Position numbers and translations under genes: made by a program
Notes under the pieces: model-generated
Databases searched by the model: none
Told to the model about the DNA's origin: nothing
Seen by the model: only the letters and a program-made list of their open reading frames with translations
Origin: Actinomycetota bacterium
GTDB lineage: Bacteria > Actinomycetota > Acidimicrobiia > IMCC26256 > PALSA-555
Direction: 5' to 3'
Assembly: GCA_016870595.1 (NCBI GenBank)
Contig: VGBI01000005.1
Span: 1 to 58,738, forward strand
Length of the DNA: 58,738 bases
Shown: one piece after another, positions 49,791 to 58,738 of the stretch
How the letters are laid out: each line of letters begins with the position of its first letter
How positions within the stretch are numbered: position 1 is the first letter of the stretch

Positions 49791-50844
49791 GCTCCTGCGC
49801 CGATCCCGGAGCTCCGCGATGTCCCGTCCCCGCCGTCCCATCGTCCGAGCGACCGTCGCCGCTGCGGCCGTGGCGGTCGCCGCCGTGGGCGCCGGGATCC
49901 CGGCCGGGGCCCAGTCGGGCGGCGCGACGGTGCAGGCCGTCGCCGCCTTCTACCCGCTCGCCTGGGTGCTCGAGCAGGTCGGGGGCACCCGGGTCGCGGT
50001 GACCAACCTGACTCCGGCGGGGGCCGAGCCCCATGACCTGGAGCTCACCCCGAAGCAGCGTGACGCGATCGACGACGCCGATCTCGTGGTGGTGATGGGG
50101 TCGGGTTTCCAGCCCGCGTTGGAGGAGGCCGCCGCGACCCGTCGGGCGGGCACGCTCGCGCTACTGGCCCGACTGCCGATCACCGGCGCCGGCCAGAAGG
50201 TGGCCGACGAGCACGAGGACGACAAGAAGCACAAGGACGAGAAGAAGCACAAGGACGAGAAGAAGCACAAGGACGAGAAGAAGCACAAGGACGAGGCGGC
50301 CCACGCCGAGGAGGGACTCGATCCCCACGTCTGGCTCGACCCGACGCTGATGCAGGCGATCGTCGACGAGACGACCGCAGCGCTGGTCAAGGCCGACCCG
50401 TCGGGTCAGGCCACCTACAACGCGAACGCCACCGCGCTGAAGGCTCGGCTGCGCGCGCTCGACGGCCGTTTCCGGACCGGCCTGGCGAACTGCCCCCGCA
50501 CCCTGATCGTGACCTCACACGACGCGTTCGGCTACCTCGCGGCGGCCTACGGCCTCCAGCAGGAGGGGGTCGCCGGGCTCTCACCCGACGAGGAGCCCAA
50601 CCCGAAGCGCCTCGCAGCGCTGACCGACCTGGTGCAGAAGAAGGGCGTCACCACGATCTTCACCGAGGAGTTGGTGTCGCCGCGGATCGCCCGGACCTTG
50701 GCCCGGGAAGCGGGTGGACTGAAGACCGCGACCCTGAATCCGCTCGAGGGGCTCACGCCCCGTGAGGTCGCCCGGGGCGACGACTACGAGCGGGTGATGG
50801 ATCGGAACCTGGCGACGCTGCGGACGGCGCTTGGCTGCCGCTGA
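49789..50844 (+). CDS. znuA: Zn/Mn ABC transporter substrate-binding protein
   Basis: [28 protein letters not shown]; His/Lys/acid loop; start uncertain (49771-49819). Confidence 0.88.
   Translation: MLLRRSRSSAMSRPRRPIVRATVAAAAVAVAAVGAGIPAGAQSGGATVQAVAAFYPLAWVLEQVGGTRVAVTNLTPAGAEPHDLELTPKQRDAIDDADLVVVMGSGFQPALEEAAATRRAGTLALLARLPITGAGQKVADEHEDDKKHKDEKKHKDEKKHKDEKKHKDEAAHAEEGLDPHVWLDPTLMQAIVDETTAALVKADPSGQATYNANATALKARLRALDGRFRTGLANCPRTLIVTSHDAFGYLAAAYGLQQEGVAGLSPDEEPNPKRLAALTDLVQKKGVTTIFTEELVSPRIARTLAREAGGLKTATLNPLEGLTPREVARGDDYERVMDRNLATLRTALGCR
50224..50295 (+). repeat. 18-bp tandem repeat (AAGAAGCACAAGGACGAG)x4 encoding KKHKDE
   Basis: Four exact units in the ZnuA flexible loop. Confidence 0.95.
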
Positions 50845-51580
50845 TGACGGCGCCGGCGCTCCGAGCCTGCGGCGTCTGCGTCCGGTACGGCGAGCGCACG
50901 GTGTTGCGGGACGTGAGCTTCGAGGTGTGGCCCGGAGAGGTGGTCGCGGTCATCGGGCCCAACGGCTCAGGGAAGTCGTCGCTCTCAAGGCGCTCGTGGG
51001 ACTCGTCAGCCACGCCGGGTGCGTGGAGATCCATGGTCGGGAGTGTCATCACCGGACCCATCGCCTCGGAGCCGCCTACATCCCCTAGCGGGCGGACGTC
51101 GACCTGGCGTTCCCGATCAGCGTCCGGGAGATGGTGGCGCTCGGGCGGCGGCCGTTCCGCCGGTGGCACCGTCGTGCGACTCCGGCCGACCACGATGCGG
51201 TCGACGGGGCCCTCGATCGGGTCGGGCTGGTCGGCTTCGGCCGACGACCGCTCGGGACCCTGTCAGGAGGAGAGCTCCAGCGAGCCTTTCTCGCGCGGGC
51301 GATCGCCCAGGAGGCCGAGATCCTCCTGCTCGACGAGGCGCTCAGTGGAGTCGACCAACCCCGGACCGAGGCCATGCTCATGCTCCTCGACGGCCTCGCT
51401 CGTGACGGAACCACCGTCCTGATCGCCACGCACGACCTGGCCCTGACCCGTCGGCGGTTCGGGCGGTGCCTCGCGGTCAACGGTCGGCTCGTGGCTGATG
51501 GCGTTCCGTCGAGATGCCTGGAAGGTGCGCCCCTGGAAGCCACCTTCGGGACTGGTCTCATCCCGCGTGAGGCGGCCTGA
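50844..51580 (+). pseudogene. znuC: Zn ABC ATPase with a frameshift (about 50985) and a premature TAG (51086-51088)
   Basis: Walker A GPNGSGKS; shifted frame [30 protein letters not shown]. Confidence 0.85.
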
Positions 51581-51581
51581 A

Positions 51582-52463
51582 GTGTTCGACTGGTTGCTCG
51601 ATCCCTACTCCTCAGGCTTCATGGTGCGCGCCTTGGGCGCTGCGGTGATCGTCGGCGTGTTCGCCCCCGCCGTCGGAGTCTGGATCGTGCTGCGGCGACT
51701 GTCCTACCTGGGCGACGCAATGAGCCACAGCGCGCTCGGCGGCGTTGGGATCGCCCTGCTCCTCGGATTGGGGGTCACGGTCGGTGCGCTCGCTGCGGGC
51801 GTGGTGGTCGCCCTGCTGATCGGGGCGCTGAGCGCCCATCCCCGCCTGCGCGAGGACTCGGTGATCGGAGTGGTGGAGACTGCGCTCTTCGGCATTGGAG
51901 TGCTCGTCATCAGCCGGAATAGTTCGTCGCTCGGGGTGAGTCTCGACAGTTTCCTCTTCGGGCAGATCCTCACCGTGGACGAGACCGATATCGTGGGGAA
52001 TCTGGCCCTAATGATCATCGGCCTGACGGCGCTCGGACTTCTCTTCTCCGATCTCCGAGCGGCGACCTTCGACCCGGTACACGCCGCGCTGGTCGGTGTC
52101 CGGGTCGGCCCGCTGCGTGTCGCGCTCCTCATGCTCCTCGCGATCGCGATCGTGGTCAGCCTGCAGACGGTGGGTCGGCTGATGAGTATCGCGATGCTGG
52201 TCACCCCGGCGGCGGCCGCCCGCTTGATCACCGACCGGCTTCGGACCATGACGCAGGCCGCCGTCGGGATCGGTGTGGCGTGCGCGTTCGTCGGCCTCAC
52301 GGCGAGCTACCACCTGTCGACCCCGCCGGGAGCCACGGTCGCGCTCGCGACCGTGGCGGCACTGATCCTCACGTTCATGGCGACGATCCCGCGCCGGACT
52401 CGCCATCGCCACGCAGCACCGGATCCCGACGGCGGTTTCCTCGGCGCCTCGGCGACCGCCTGA
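51582..52463 (+). CDS. znuB: Zn/Mn ABC permease
   Basis: GDAMSHSAL, FLFGQIL, TFDP, LVTPAAAA. Confidence 0.9.
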   Translation: MFDWLLDPYSSGFMVRALGAAVIVGVFAPAVGVWIVLRRLSYLGDAMSHSALGGVGIALLLGLGVTVGALAAGVVVALLIGALSAHPRLREDSVIGVVETALFGIGVLVISRNSSSLGVSLDSFLFGQILTVDETDIVGNLALMIIGLTALGLLFSDLRAATFDPVHAALVGVRVGPLRVALLMLLAIAIVVSLQTVGRLMSIAMLVTPAAAARLITDRLRTMTQAAVGIGVACAFVGLTASYHLSTPPGATVALATVAALILTFMATIPRRTRHRHAAPDPDGGFLGASATA

Positions 52464-52475
52464 GCTTCCCCCGGC

Positions 52476-53528
52476 TCAGGCGGTCGCCTGGGTGCCCGGA
52501 TCCGCCGGCCGCCCCTGCGTGCCGTCGAACCGGGCGCCGAGGAGTTGGCCGGTGTCGGTCCCGACGAGGAGGTCTCGAGAACCCGGACGCCAGGCGACGG
52601 TCGAAGCCGCGAAACCCGGAGCGACCACGGCGACGGGCTCGGAGCCCCGCCGGTGCTCCCAGACCAGCACGCCGTCTCCGGTCGCCGCAGCGAGGAGATC
52701 GCCGTCCGGGGAGAAGGTGACGGCGCGCGTCCCGTGCTCGAACCCGGTGAGCGCCTTCGGGGTGGTGCCACGCGGACCCCGACCGGCGAAGTCCCAGAGG
52801 GTCACGTCGGCGATGCTCCCGACGGCGAGGTACCGGGAGCTGGGGCTCCAGGCCAGTGCCGTGATCTTGTTCGGGTAACCGGTCATCTGCATGTCGTCTC
52901 CCGACCAGAGTCTCCACACGTGGACGCTGCGATCCTGATTCCCGGCTGCCACCCACTTGCCGCTCGGCGCGACGACGAGCCGGAGGAGGGATCCTTTCCA
53001 GTCGAAGTGGGCGACGGCGGCATCGGCCTCACGACCAGGTTCGAACCACCGGGGCCCGCCGTAGCACGCGACACCGACCCGTCGGCTGTCGAAGGACCAT
53101 GCCAGGTCCGTCACGGTGCTCGGCAATCGTGGGTAGGTCCGCACGGTCTCGGCATCGCCGTGGCGTACACCGAGGATCCGACCGGCCCCCATTGCGAGCC
53201 AGGCGCCGTTCGGTGACCAGGCCACCGCCCCGATCCAGTCGGGCTGCTCCCACACCACCTGCGTGTGGCCGGGTGGCTCCCAGGTCCGGACCCGGCCGTC
53301 CTGGCCGGCTACGGCGAGGCGCGGTGCACGCGGCGACCAGGCGAGGGCGGTCGCGCCGAGCGGGTGGGCCGGGAGCTCCGCGACCGGTGTGCCGGTGCAG
53401 CCGATCACGCGAACCCTGCCCGACAGTGAGGCCGCGGCCGCATGGTCACCGGTGGCGTCCCACGCCACCGCGGTCACGTAGTCGTCGAGTTCTTGCGCCC
53501 AGAGAATGTCGACCATGACTGCGGTCAC
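52476..53528 (-). CDS. WD40-repeat beta-propeller protein
   Basis: Repeated ALAWSP..LA...D..V..W units; start 53528 or 53516. Confidence 0.85.
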   Translation of the reverse strand: MTAVMVDILWAQELDDYVTAVAWDATGDHAAAASLSGRVRVIGCTGTPVAELPAHPLGATALAWSPRAPRLAVAGQDGRVRTWEPPGHTQVVWEQPDWIGAVAWSPNGAWLAMGAGRILGVRHGDAETVRTYPRLPSTVTDLAWSFDSRRVGVACYGGPRWFEPGREADAAVAHFDWKGSLLRLVVAPSGKWVAAGNQDRSVHVWRLWSGDDMQMTGYPNKITALAWSPSSRYLAVGSIADVTLWDFAGRGPRGTTPKALTGFEHGTRAVTFSPDGDLLAAATGDGVLVWEHRRGSEPVAVVAPGFAASTVAWRPGSRDLLVGTDTGQLLGARFDGTQGRPADPGTQATA

Positions 53529-53533
53529 GGCAC

Positions 53534-54538
53534 TCAGGCGATACACGCAGCGAAGGACCGTTCGAGCTCGGCGCGATCGAGGTTGCGTCCGATGAAGACG
53601 AGGCGGTTCGTCCGGTCCTCGTCGGCGCGCCAAGGTCGGTCGGCCTGACTGTCGAAGAGCATGTGCACCGCTTGGAAGACGTGCCGACGGTCATCGCCCC
53701 GAATGGCGAGAATCCCCTTCGTCCGGAACACATCGACCGCCTGCGTGGAAAGGAAGGTTCCGAGCCAGTCGTTGAGCCGCTTGAGATCGACCTCGCCGGG
53801 GAGCTCGATGGCGACGCTGGTGACCGACAGGTCGTGTTGGTGGTCGGTCGAGGTGAGGAACGCAGGATCCAGGTCGAGGGCCCGAGCAAGGTCAAATCCT
53901 CCGATCCCGAGCACCTGGTCGAGGTCGACGTTCGCGTGCTGTGCGCGCATCATCCCAGCCAGGGGGTTGATGGCGCGGAGGCGTTGTTCGAGTTCGTCGA
54001 GTGCGTCGGAGTCGACGAGATCCGTCTTGTTCACGATGATCCGGTCGGCGAACGCGATCTGCTCGAGTGCCTCGTTCTCGATGCCTTCTGGGCGTGTCTC
54101 GTCGAGATGGGTCAAGACGTGCCGAGCATCGATCACCGTGATGATCGCGTCCAGGGACAACTGTGACGCGACCTCCTCGTCGACAAAGAACGTCTGAGCG
54201 ACCGGTGCGGGATCAGCGAGCCCGGTGGTCTCGATGATGATCGCGTCGAAGCGGTCTCGTCGCTTCATGAGGTTGCCGAGAATCCGGATGAGGTCACCCC
54301 GCACCGTGCAGCAGATGCATCCGTTGTTCATCTCGAAGATCTCTTCGTCGGCCTCGATCACGAGCGCGTCGTCGATGCCGATCTCCCCGAACTCATTCTC
54401 GATCACGGCAATCCGACGGCCGTGCTGTTCGGTGAGGATCCGGTTCAGCAAGGTGGTCTTCCCCGCCCCCAGGAATCCGGTCAGGACGGTGACGGGCACG
54501 CGTGTTTCGAGGTCGGTCGGATCGTCGTCGGTCGGCAT
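53534..54538 (-). CDS. COG0523 (CobW/YjiA-family) metallochaperone GTPase
   Basis: [28 protein letters not shown], CobW_C RTKG..FIGR. Confidence 0.93.
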   Translation of the reverse strand: MPTDDDPTDLETRVPVTVLTGFLGAGKTTLLNRILTEQHGRRIAVIENEFGEIGIDDALVIEADEEIFEMNNGCICCTVRGDLIRILGNLMKRRDRFDAIIIETTGLADPAPVAQTFFVDEEVASQLSLDAIITVIDARHVLTHLDETRPEGIENEALEQIAFADRIIVNKTDLVDSDALDELEQRLRAINPLAGMMRAQHANVDLDQVLGIGGFDLARALDLDPAFLTSTDHQHDLSVTSVAIELPGEVDLKRLNDWLGTFLSTQAVDVFRTKGILAIRGDDRRHVFQAVHMLFDSQADRPWRADEDRTNRLVFIGRNLDRAELERSFAACIA

Positions 54539-54556
54539 GGGTGCCCTCGTTTCAGG

Positions 54557-54575
54557 AATGAGAATGATTTTATTA
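54557..54575 (-). promoter_or_regulatory. Putative Zur box upstream of the COG0523-WD40 operon
   Basis: AATGAGAATGATTTTATTA, an AT-rich imperfect palindrome similar to 49770-49783. Confidence 0.75.
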
Positions 54576-54654
54576 GAGAATCCGTCGCCCAGCCAGCCCG
54601 TGCCGGCCCCGGACCGCCGTCGACGGTCGCGACGGGACTCGGTAGGTTCGGGCT

Positions 54655-55029
54655 GTGGAGCCCCGCATCGTGCCCGTTGACGAGTCCGCCGAGTTCGCCA
54701 CCGAGGAGCGCTGCTGGATCCTCGAGTGGTGGAACGACCCCTCGGACCCCGCCGTCTCGGTCGCCCGGGCGCGTGTGGCCCCAGGAGTGACCACGGCCCG
54801 GCATCGCGTGTCGGTCGACGAGCGGTACGTGATCCTCGCGGGCCGGGGTGCGATGCACCTCGGCGACCGGCCGTCCACGACGGTGGGCCCGGGTGACGTC
54901 GTGGTGATCCCGGCCGGCGTGCCGCAGCGCATCACCAACACCGGGACCGACGATCTCGTCTTCGCCTGCGTGTGCACCCCCCGGTTCCGGCCCGAGGTCT
55001 ACAAGGCGCTGCCGGAGGCCCGTGCCTGA
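54655..55029 (+). CDS. Cupin-domain protein
   Basis: [29 protein letters not shown]. Confidence 0.85.
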   Translation: MEPRIVPVDESAEFATEERCWILEWWNDPSDPAVSVARARVAPGVTTARHRVSVDERYVILAGRGAMHLGDRPSTTVGPGDVVVIPAGVPQRITNTGTDDLVFACVCTPRFRPEVYKALPEARA

Positions 55030-55120
55030 GGGGCCCGCCCCACCTTCCGGCCTGGCCGGCCCGCGGTCGGGCGTCGCGCCGCCCCCGGTACCCTCGGCGC
55101 TCGCCCACGAAAGGCCACCC

Positions 55121-56062
55121 GTGCGCCGTCGTCCCGTCCTCCTCACGACCGTGCTCGCCGTCGTGCTCGCGACCGGACTCCTCGGTGCGACCGCGGGCCC
55201 GGCCGGGGCTGCGGCCGCGCTCGACGGGGTCACCGTCACCGGCGACGCCACCGGGAAGCCGGCACTGACGGCGTCGTGGCCGGTCCGGGCGTCGGCCTCC
55301 GTCGCCGAGGTCCGCACCAAGGGGACCGGCGCCAAGACGGCCAAGGGCGACCGCCTCTCGGTCGACTACCTCGTGGTGAACGGTCGCACCGGTGAGGAGC
55401 TCGAGACCTCGTACGGCACGACGCCGGTCCGCCTCGACCTGGCCAAAGGAACCACGCCCGCCCTGGTCGACGCGCTCACGGGAACGACGGTCGGGAGCCG
55501 GGTGCTCGTCGCGGTCGCCCCCGAGGACGGTCTCGCCCGCAACGCCGCGTCGGTCGGGCTGCGCAAGGACGACACCGTCCTGTTCGTGATCGACGTCCGG
55601 GGGATCTCGACCCCGCTCGAACGGGCCACCGGCACTGCGGTCGCCCCGCCCGCGGGTTTCCCGACCGTGACCCTGGCCAAGAACGGTGCGCCCACGGTCA
55701 CCGTGCCGAAGACCGCCGCCCCCACCGGACTCGTCGCCGTCCCGTTGATCGAGGGCACCGGTCCCGTGGTCCAGGCTGGCCAGACCATCGACGCGCGCTA
55801 CACGGGTGTCATCTGGGACACCGGCAAGGTCTTCGACTCGACCTGGGCGAAGAAGAACCGGGGTCGGGTCGTTGCGTTCGAGATTGGGACCGGCTCGGTC
55901 ATCGACGGCTGGGACCAGGGGCTCGTCGGCCAGAAGGTCGGCTCCCAGGTGCTGCTCGTGATCCCGCCCGCGCTGGGCTACGGCCCCGGCGGGCAGCCCG
56001 CCTCGGGCATCGAGGGAACCGACACCCTCGTGTTCGTGGTGGACGTCCTCGGCGTGTCGTGA
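55121..56062 (+). CDS. Secreted two-domain FKBP-type peptidyl-prolyl isomerase
   Basis: YTG..W..GKVFDS, VIDGWDQGL, IPPALGYG, LVFVVD; N-terminal signal peptide. Confidence 0.9.
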   Translation: MRRRPVLLTTVLAVVLATGLLGATAGPAGAAAALDGVTVTGDATGKPALTASWPVRASASVAEVRTKGTGAKTAKGDRLSVDYLVVNGRTGEELETSYGTTPVRLDLAKGTTPALVDALTGTTVGSRVLVAVAPEDGLARNAASVGLRKDDTVLFVIDVRGISTPLERATGTAVAPPAGFPTVTLAKNGAPTVTVPKTAAPTGLVAVPLIEGTGPVVQAGQTIDARYTGVIWDTGKVFDSTWAKKNRGRVVAFEIGTGSVIDGWDQGLVGQKVGSQVLLVIPPALGYGPGGQPASGIEGTDTLVFVVDVLGVS

Positions 56063-56086
56063 GCGCCGAGCACCAGCGCGTCGTGG

Positions 56087-56782
56087 TCAGGCGAGGGTCG
56101 TCCGCAGGAATTCGCACGCCTCGGACCAGCACCGCGCGCTGAGCTCGAGGTCGAGCGTGCCCAGCGTGTCGTACGGGTTCATGAACGCGTGGCCCGACCC
56201 GGGGTGCACCGTGACGGCGACGTCCTTGCCCAGGGCGCGCAACCGGGCCTCGAGGTCGCGGGCGGCCGCGGGTGGGAAGAAGTCGTCGTGCTCGGCCATG
56301 TGGCCGCGGACCACGGCGGTGAGCCCCGACCAGTCGGGCTCGTCGCCGGGGCCGGGGAACCCGTAGAACGGCACGGCGGCCCGGACGACGTCGCCCCGGT
56401 CGGCGGCGATCCGCCACGTGAGCATCCCGCCCATGCAGAAGCCCATCACGCCGACGCCGGAGCCGGTGACCGCCGGGTGGGCGACGAGGAAGTCCACCGC
56501 GCCGCGCATGTCGCGCGCGGCCCGCTCGGGGGGGAGCGTGGTCATGAGGTGCGCGGCCTTGTCCATCTCGGTGTGGGCCGCGACCTCGCCGTGGTAGAGG
56601 TCGGGGACGAGGGCCACGAACCCGGCGGCACCGAGGCGCTCGGCGAGCTCGAGGATGCCGGGGTCGAGCCCCCACCACTCCTGGATCACGAGGACGCCGG
56701 GTCCGGCCCCGGCCGGCGGCACCACGAGGAAGCCGTCGGCGGTGGCACCGTCGCCGCAGGGGAAGGTCACGGTCTCGGCCAT
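56087..56782 (-). CDS. Dienelactone hydrolase family protein
   Basis: QEWWG, GFCMGG, HAF. Confidence 0.9.
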   Translation of the reverse strand: MAETVTFPCGDGATADGFLVVPPAGAGPGVLVIQEWWGLDPGILELAERLGAAGFVALVPDLYHGEVAAHTEMDKAAHLMTTLPPERAARDMRGAVDFLVAHPAVTGSGVGVMGFCMGGMLTWRIAADRGDVVRAAVPFYGFPGPGDEPDWSGLTAVVRGHMAEHDDFFPPAAARDLEARLRALGKDVAVTVHPGSGHAFMNPYDTLGTLDLELSARCWSEACEFLRTTLA

Positions 56783-56844
56783 GGCCGAACCGTAGCGGGC
56801 GGTCCGACGGGCCGGCCACGGTCCCGGTGCGCGATGCTGCCGTC

Positions 56845-57903
56845 GTGCCCGCCGACGACATCGTCATCCGGCTCCTCGGTCCCGGCGAGGCCGACGTCGT
56901 GGTCCACGCGATCCGCTCGGCGTACGGGGACTCCTACGACGTGGCGTGGTGCTACGACCCGGTCGAGATCGCCCACCGGCTCGCCCACGGCCAGTTGGTC
57001 TCAGCCGCCGCGTTCACGGCGTCGGGCGACCTCCTCGGCCACGCCGCCCTCACCCGTCACGACCACGACGACCAGGTGGTGCACGCCGGCCAGGCGGTGA
57101 GCCTGCCCGAGGCCCGGGGTCACCACGTGTTCACCCGGGTCAAGTCGCACCTCGCCGACTGGGCCCGGGCGCGCGGCATCCTCGGCATCTTCAGCGAGGC
57201 GACCGCCGCCCACCCGTACAGCCAGAAGGCCAACCTCGACCTCGGTGCCACCGAGACCGGCATCCTCCTCGCCTGGATCCCGGCCACGGTGGCGAACGAC
57301 GCCGCCACCCTGACCGCGCCGGTGCGGGCGTCGGTGGTGCTCTACCACCTGCGGACCAACCCGGCCCCGGCGCACCCCGTGTACGCACCGGCCCGCCACC
57401 GCGACGTGATCCACGCGGTGCTCCACCACGGGGGGCTGCGCGGCCGCCTTGCCGATGCACCGGCCCGGACGAAGGTCCCGCCCCACTCCCGCGTGCACGC
57501 CGAGGCGCTGACCACGCACAACACGGTGATCCTCCACGTCGAGCAGATCGGCACCGACCTGGCGACGGTGCTGACCGAGCAGCGCGACGCCCGTTTCGCC
57601 CGCGGCGTCGACATGGTCTTCGTCGACCTGCGGCTCGACCAGCCCGCCACCGGACTGGTCGGCGACGAGCTCGCCGACGCCGGCTTCGGCTTCGCCGGGA
57701 TCTTCCCGAGCCCCCAGCACCGCGGCGAGAACCTGCGCCTCCAGGCCCTGCGGCCGGGGCTCGTGGTGAGCGCGGCCGACGTCGCGGTGGCGTCCGACCA
57801 CGGACGGGCCCTGCTCGACCACGTCCTCGCCGAGCAGGAGCCCCCGAGCGCGACCGCCTCCGCGTCCGGCGTCGTGCCCGGCCCGGCGCCCGGCCCGGCG
57901 TGA
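56845..57903 (+). CDS. Hypothetical protein with GNAT-like fold
   Basis: PEARGHH resembles the acetyl-CoA motif A; HPYSQK. Confidence 0.6.
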   Translation: MPADDIVIRLLGPGEADVVVHAIRSAYGDSYDVAWCYDPVEIAHRLAHGQLVSAAAFTASGDLLGHAALTRHDHDDQVVHAGQAVSLPEARGHHVFTRVKSHLADWARARGILGIFSEATAAHPYSQKANLDLGATETGILLAWIPATVANDAATLTAPVRASVVLYHLRTNPAPAHPVYAPARHRDVIHAVLHHGGLRGRLADAPARTKVPPHSRVHAEALTTHNTVILHVEQIGTDLATVLTEQRDARFARGVDMVFVDLRLDQPATGLVGDELADAGFGFAGIFPSPQHRGENLRLQALRPGLVVSAADVAVASDHGRALLDHVLAEQEPPSATASASGVVPGPAPGPA

Positions 57904-58738
57904 GGTTCTCGGTCGTCGTCCCGAGCTACGGCGCGCTGGGGGATCCCGGCGCGATGGCGGCGTGCATCGACGCGGCCGAGGCCCTCGGGTTCGAGGGGGC
58001 GTGGTTCGCCGACCACGTCGCGCTGCCCGACTACGCGACGCCGGTCCTGGCGCCCCCCATGCTCGACCCTCTGGCGGCGTGCGCGTGGGGCCTCGGGCGC
58101 ACCACCCGCCTGCGGTTCGGGACCGACGTCCTCGTCGCGCCGTACCGGCCGCCGCTGGTGCTCGCCGCACTCGCCGGGTCCCTCGCCCGCCTGTCGGGGG
58201 AGCGCCTGGTCGTCGGGATCGGGGTGGGCTACCTCGAGGGCGAGTTCGCCGCGCTCGGGCTCGACCCGGCCGACCGGGGTCCGTGCACCGACGAGGTGCT
58301 CGACGTGCTGCGGGCCAGTTGGGCCGGGTCGGGTCCGGTCGCGCACCCGGGTCCCCGCTTCGCCTTCCAGGGCGTGCACCCGGTGGGCACCCCTCCGGGC
58401 GGGTTCGCGCCCGGGGCCGTGCCGCTCTGGGTGGGGGGCAACGCCGGGGTCGCGCTCCGGCGGGCGGCCCGGGCGGGCGACGGCTGGCACCCGCTGTTCC
58501 CGACCCCCGAGGCCTACGCCCGGGGTCGGGCCGCGATCGAGGCCGAGCGGGCCCGCCGGGGCCGCACCGGGCCGTTCACCTGGTCGTACAGCGCGGCGGC
58601 GACCCGCATCCCCGACCGACCGGCCCCACGATCGGGCGCGCCGTCACCGTCGGTCCCGGCCGGGGCGGCGGCGGCCCTGACCCGGCCCGAGTTCGGGTAC
58701 GCCCCGGCTCCGCCGACCGCCTCGGACGGGCGGCCCCG
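57900..58738 (+). CDS. LLM-class (probably F420-dependent) oxidoreductase, truncated by the window end
   Basis: Hand translation AEALGFEGAWFADHV..LRFGTDVLVAPYR..GIGVGY..EF..WVGG..RRAA..GDGWHP; GTGA-coupled. Confidence 0.85.
   Translation, partial: MRFSVVVPSYGALGDPGAMAACIDAAEALGFEGAWFADHVALPDYATPVLAPPMLDPLAACAWGLGRTTRLRFGTDVLVAPYRPPLVLAALAGSLARLSGERLVVGIGVGYLEGEFAALGLDPADRGPCTDEVLDVLRASWAGSGPVAHPGPRFAFQGVHPVGTPPGGFAPGAVPLWVGGNAGVALRRAARAGDGWHPLFPTPEAYARGRAAIEAERARRGRTGPFTWSYSAAATRIPDRPAPRSGAPSPSVPAGAAAALTRPEFGYAPAPPTASDGRP

Overview
A very GC-rich, gene-dense chromosomal segment of an actinobacterium. WhiB, PAC2, WS/DGATs, an LLM oxidoreductase, CsoR and the galU-moeA-tRNA-Ala locus point to Actinomycetota; Acidimicrobiia is my inference. 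About 64 CDS/pseudogenes and one tRNA-Ala(CGC) are supported. From left to right: a Nudix gene and pyrE; a WS/DGAT-amidase-hydrolase block with a 70-aa WS/DGAT remnant and a frameshifted paralogue; MFS, PAC2 and a CoA-transferase; an atypical ClC tail-to-tail with a tandem Fluc pair; a divergent whiB/LysR pair; lipid-modification genes; tldD/tldE; the conserved SAF-FmdB(CIRCE)-galU-moeA-moaA-moaC-[GlpR/SepX-like]-tRNA-Ala locus; an amidohydrolase/mmsA catabolic block; a Cre-like tyrosine recombinase that has lost two catalytic elements; a copA-csoR operon; apt, P450 and MazG-like genes; a Zur-boxed zinc module (znuA, broken znuC, znuB, WD40, COG0523); FKBP, DLH, GNAT-like and a truncated LLM gene. 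Many genes have a -10-like hexamer 6-7 nt before the start codon, suggesting leaderless mRNAs. No CRISPR array, IS element or prophage is evident. I found no unambiguous new system. The best leads are the probably inactive recombinase, the atypical ClC beside the Fluc pair, the GlpR/SepX-like protein and the COG0523-WD40 pair. All family calls come from motifs recognised by eye, not database searches.
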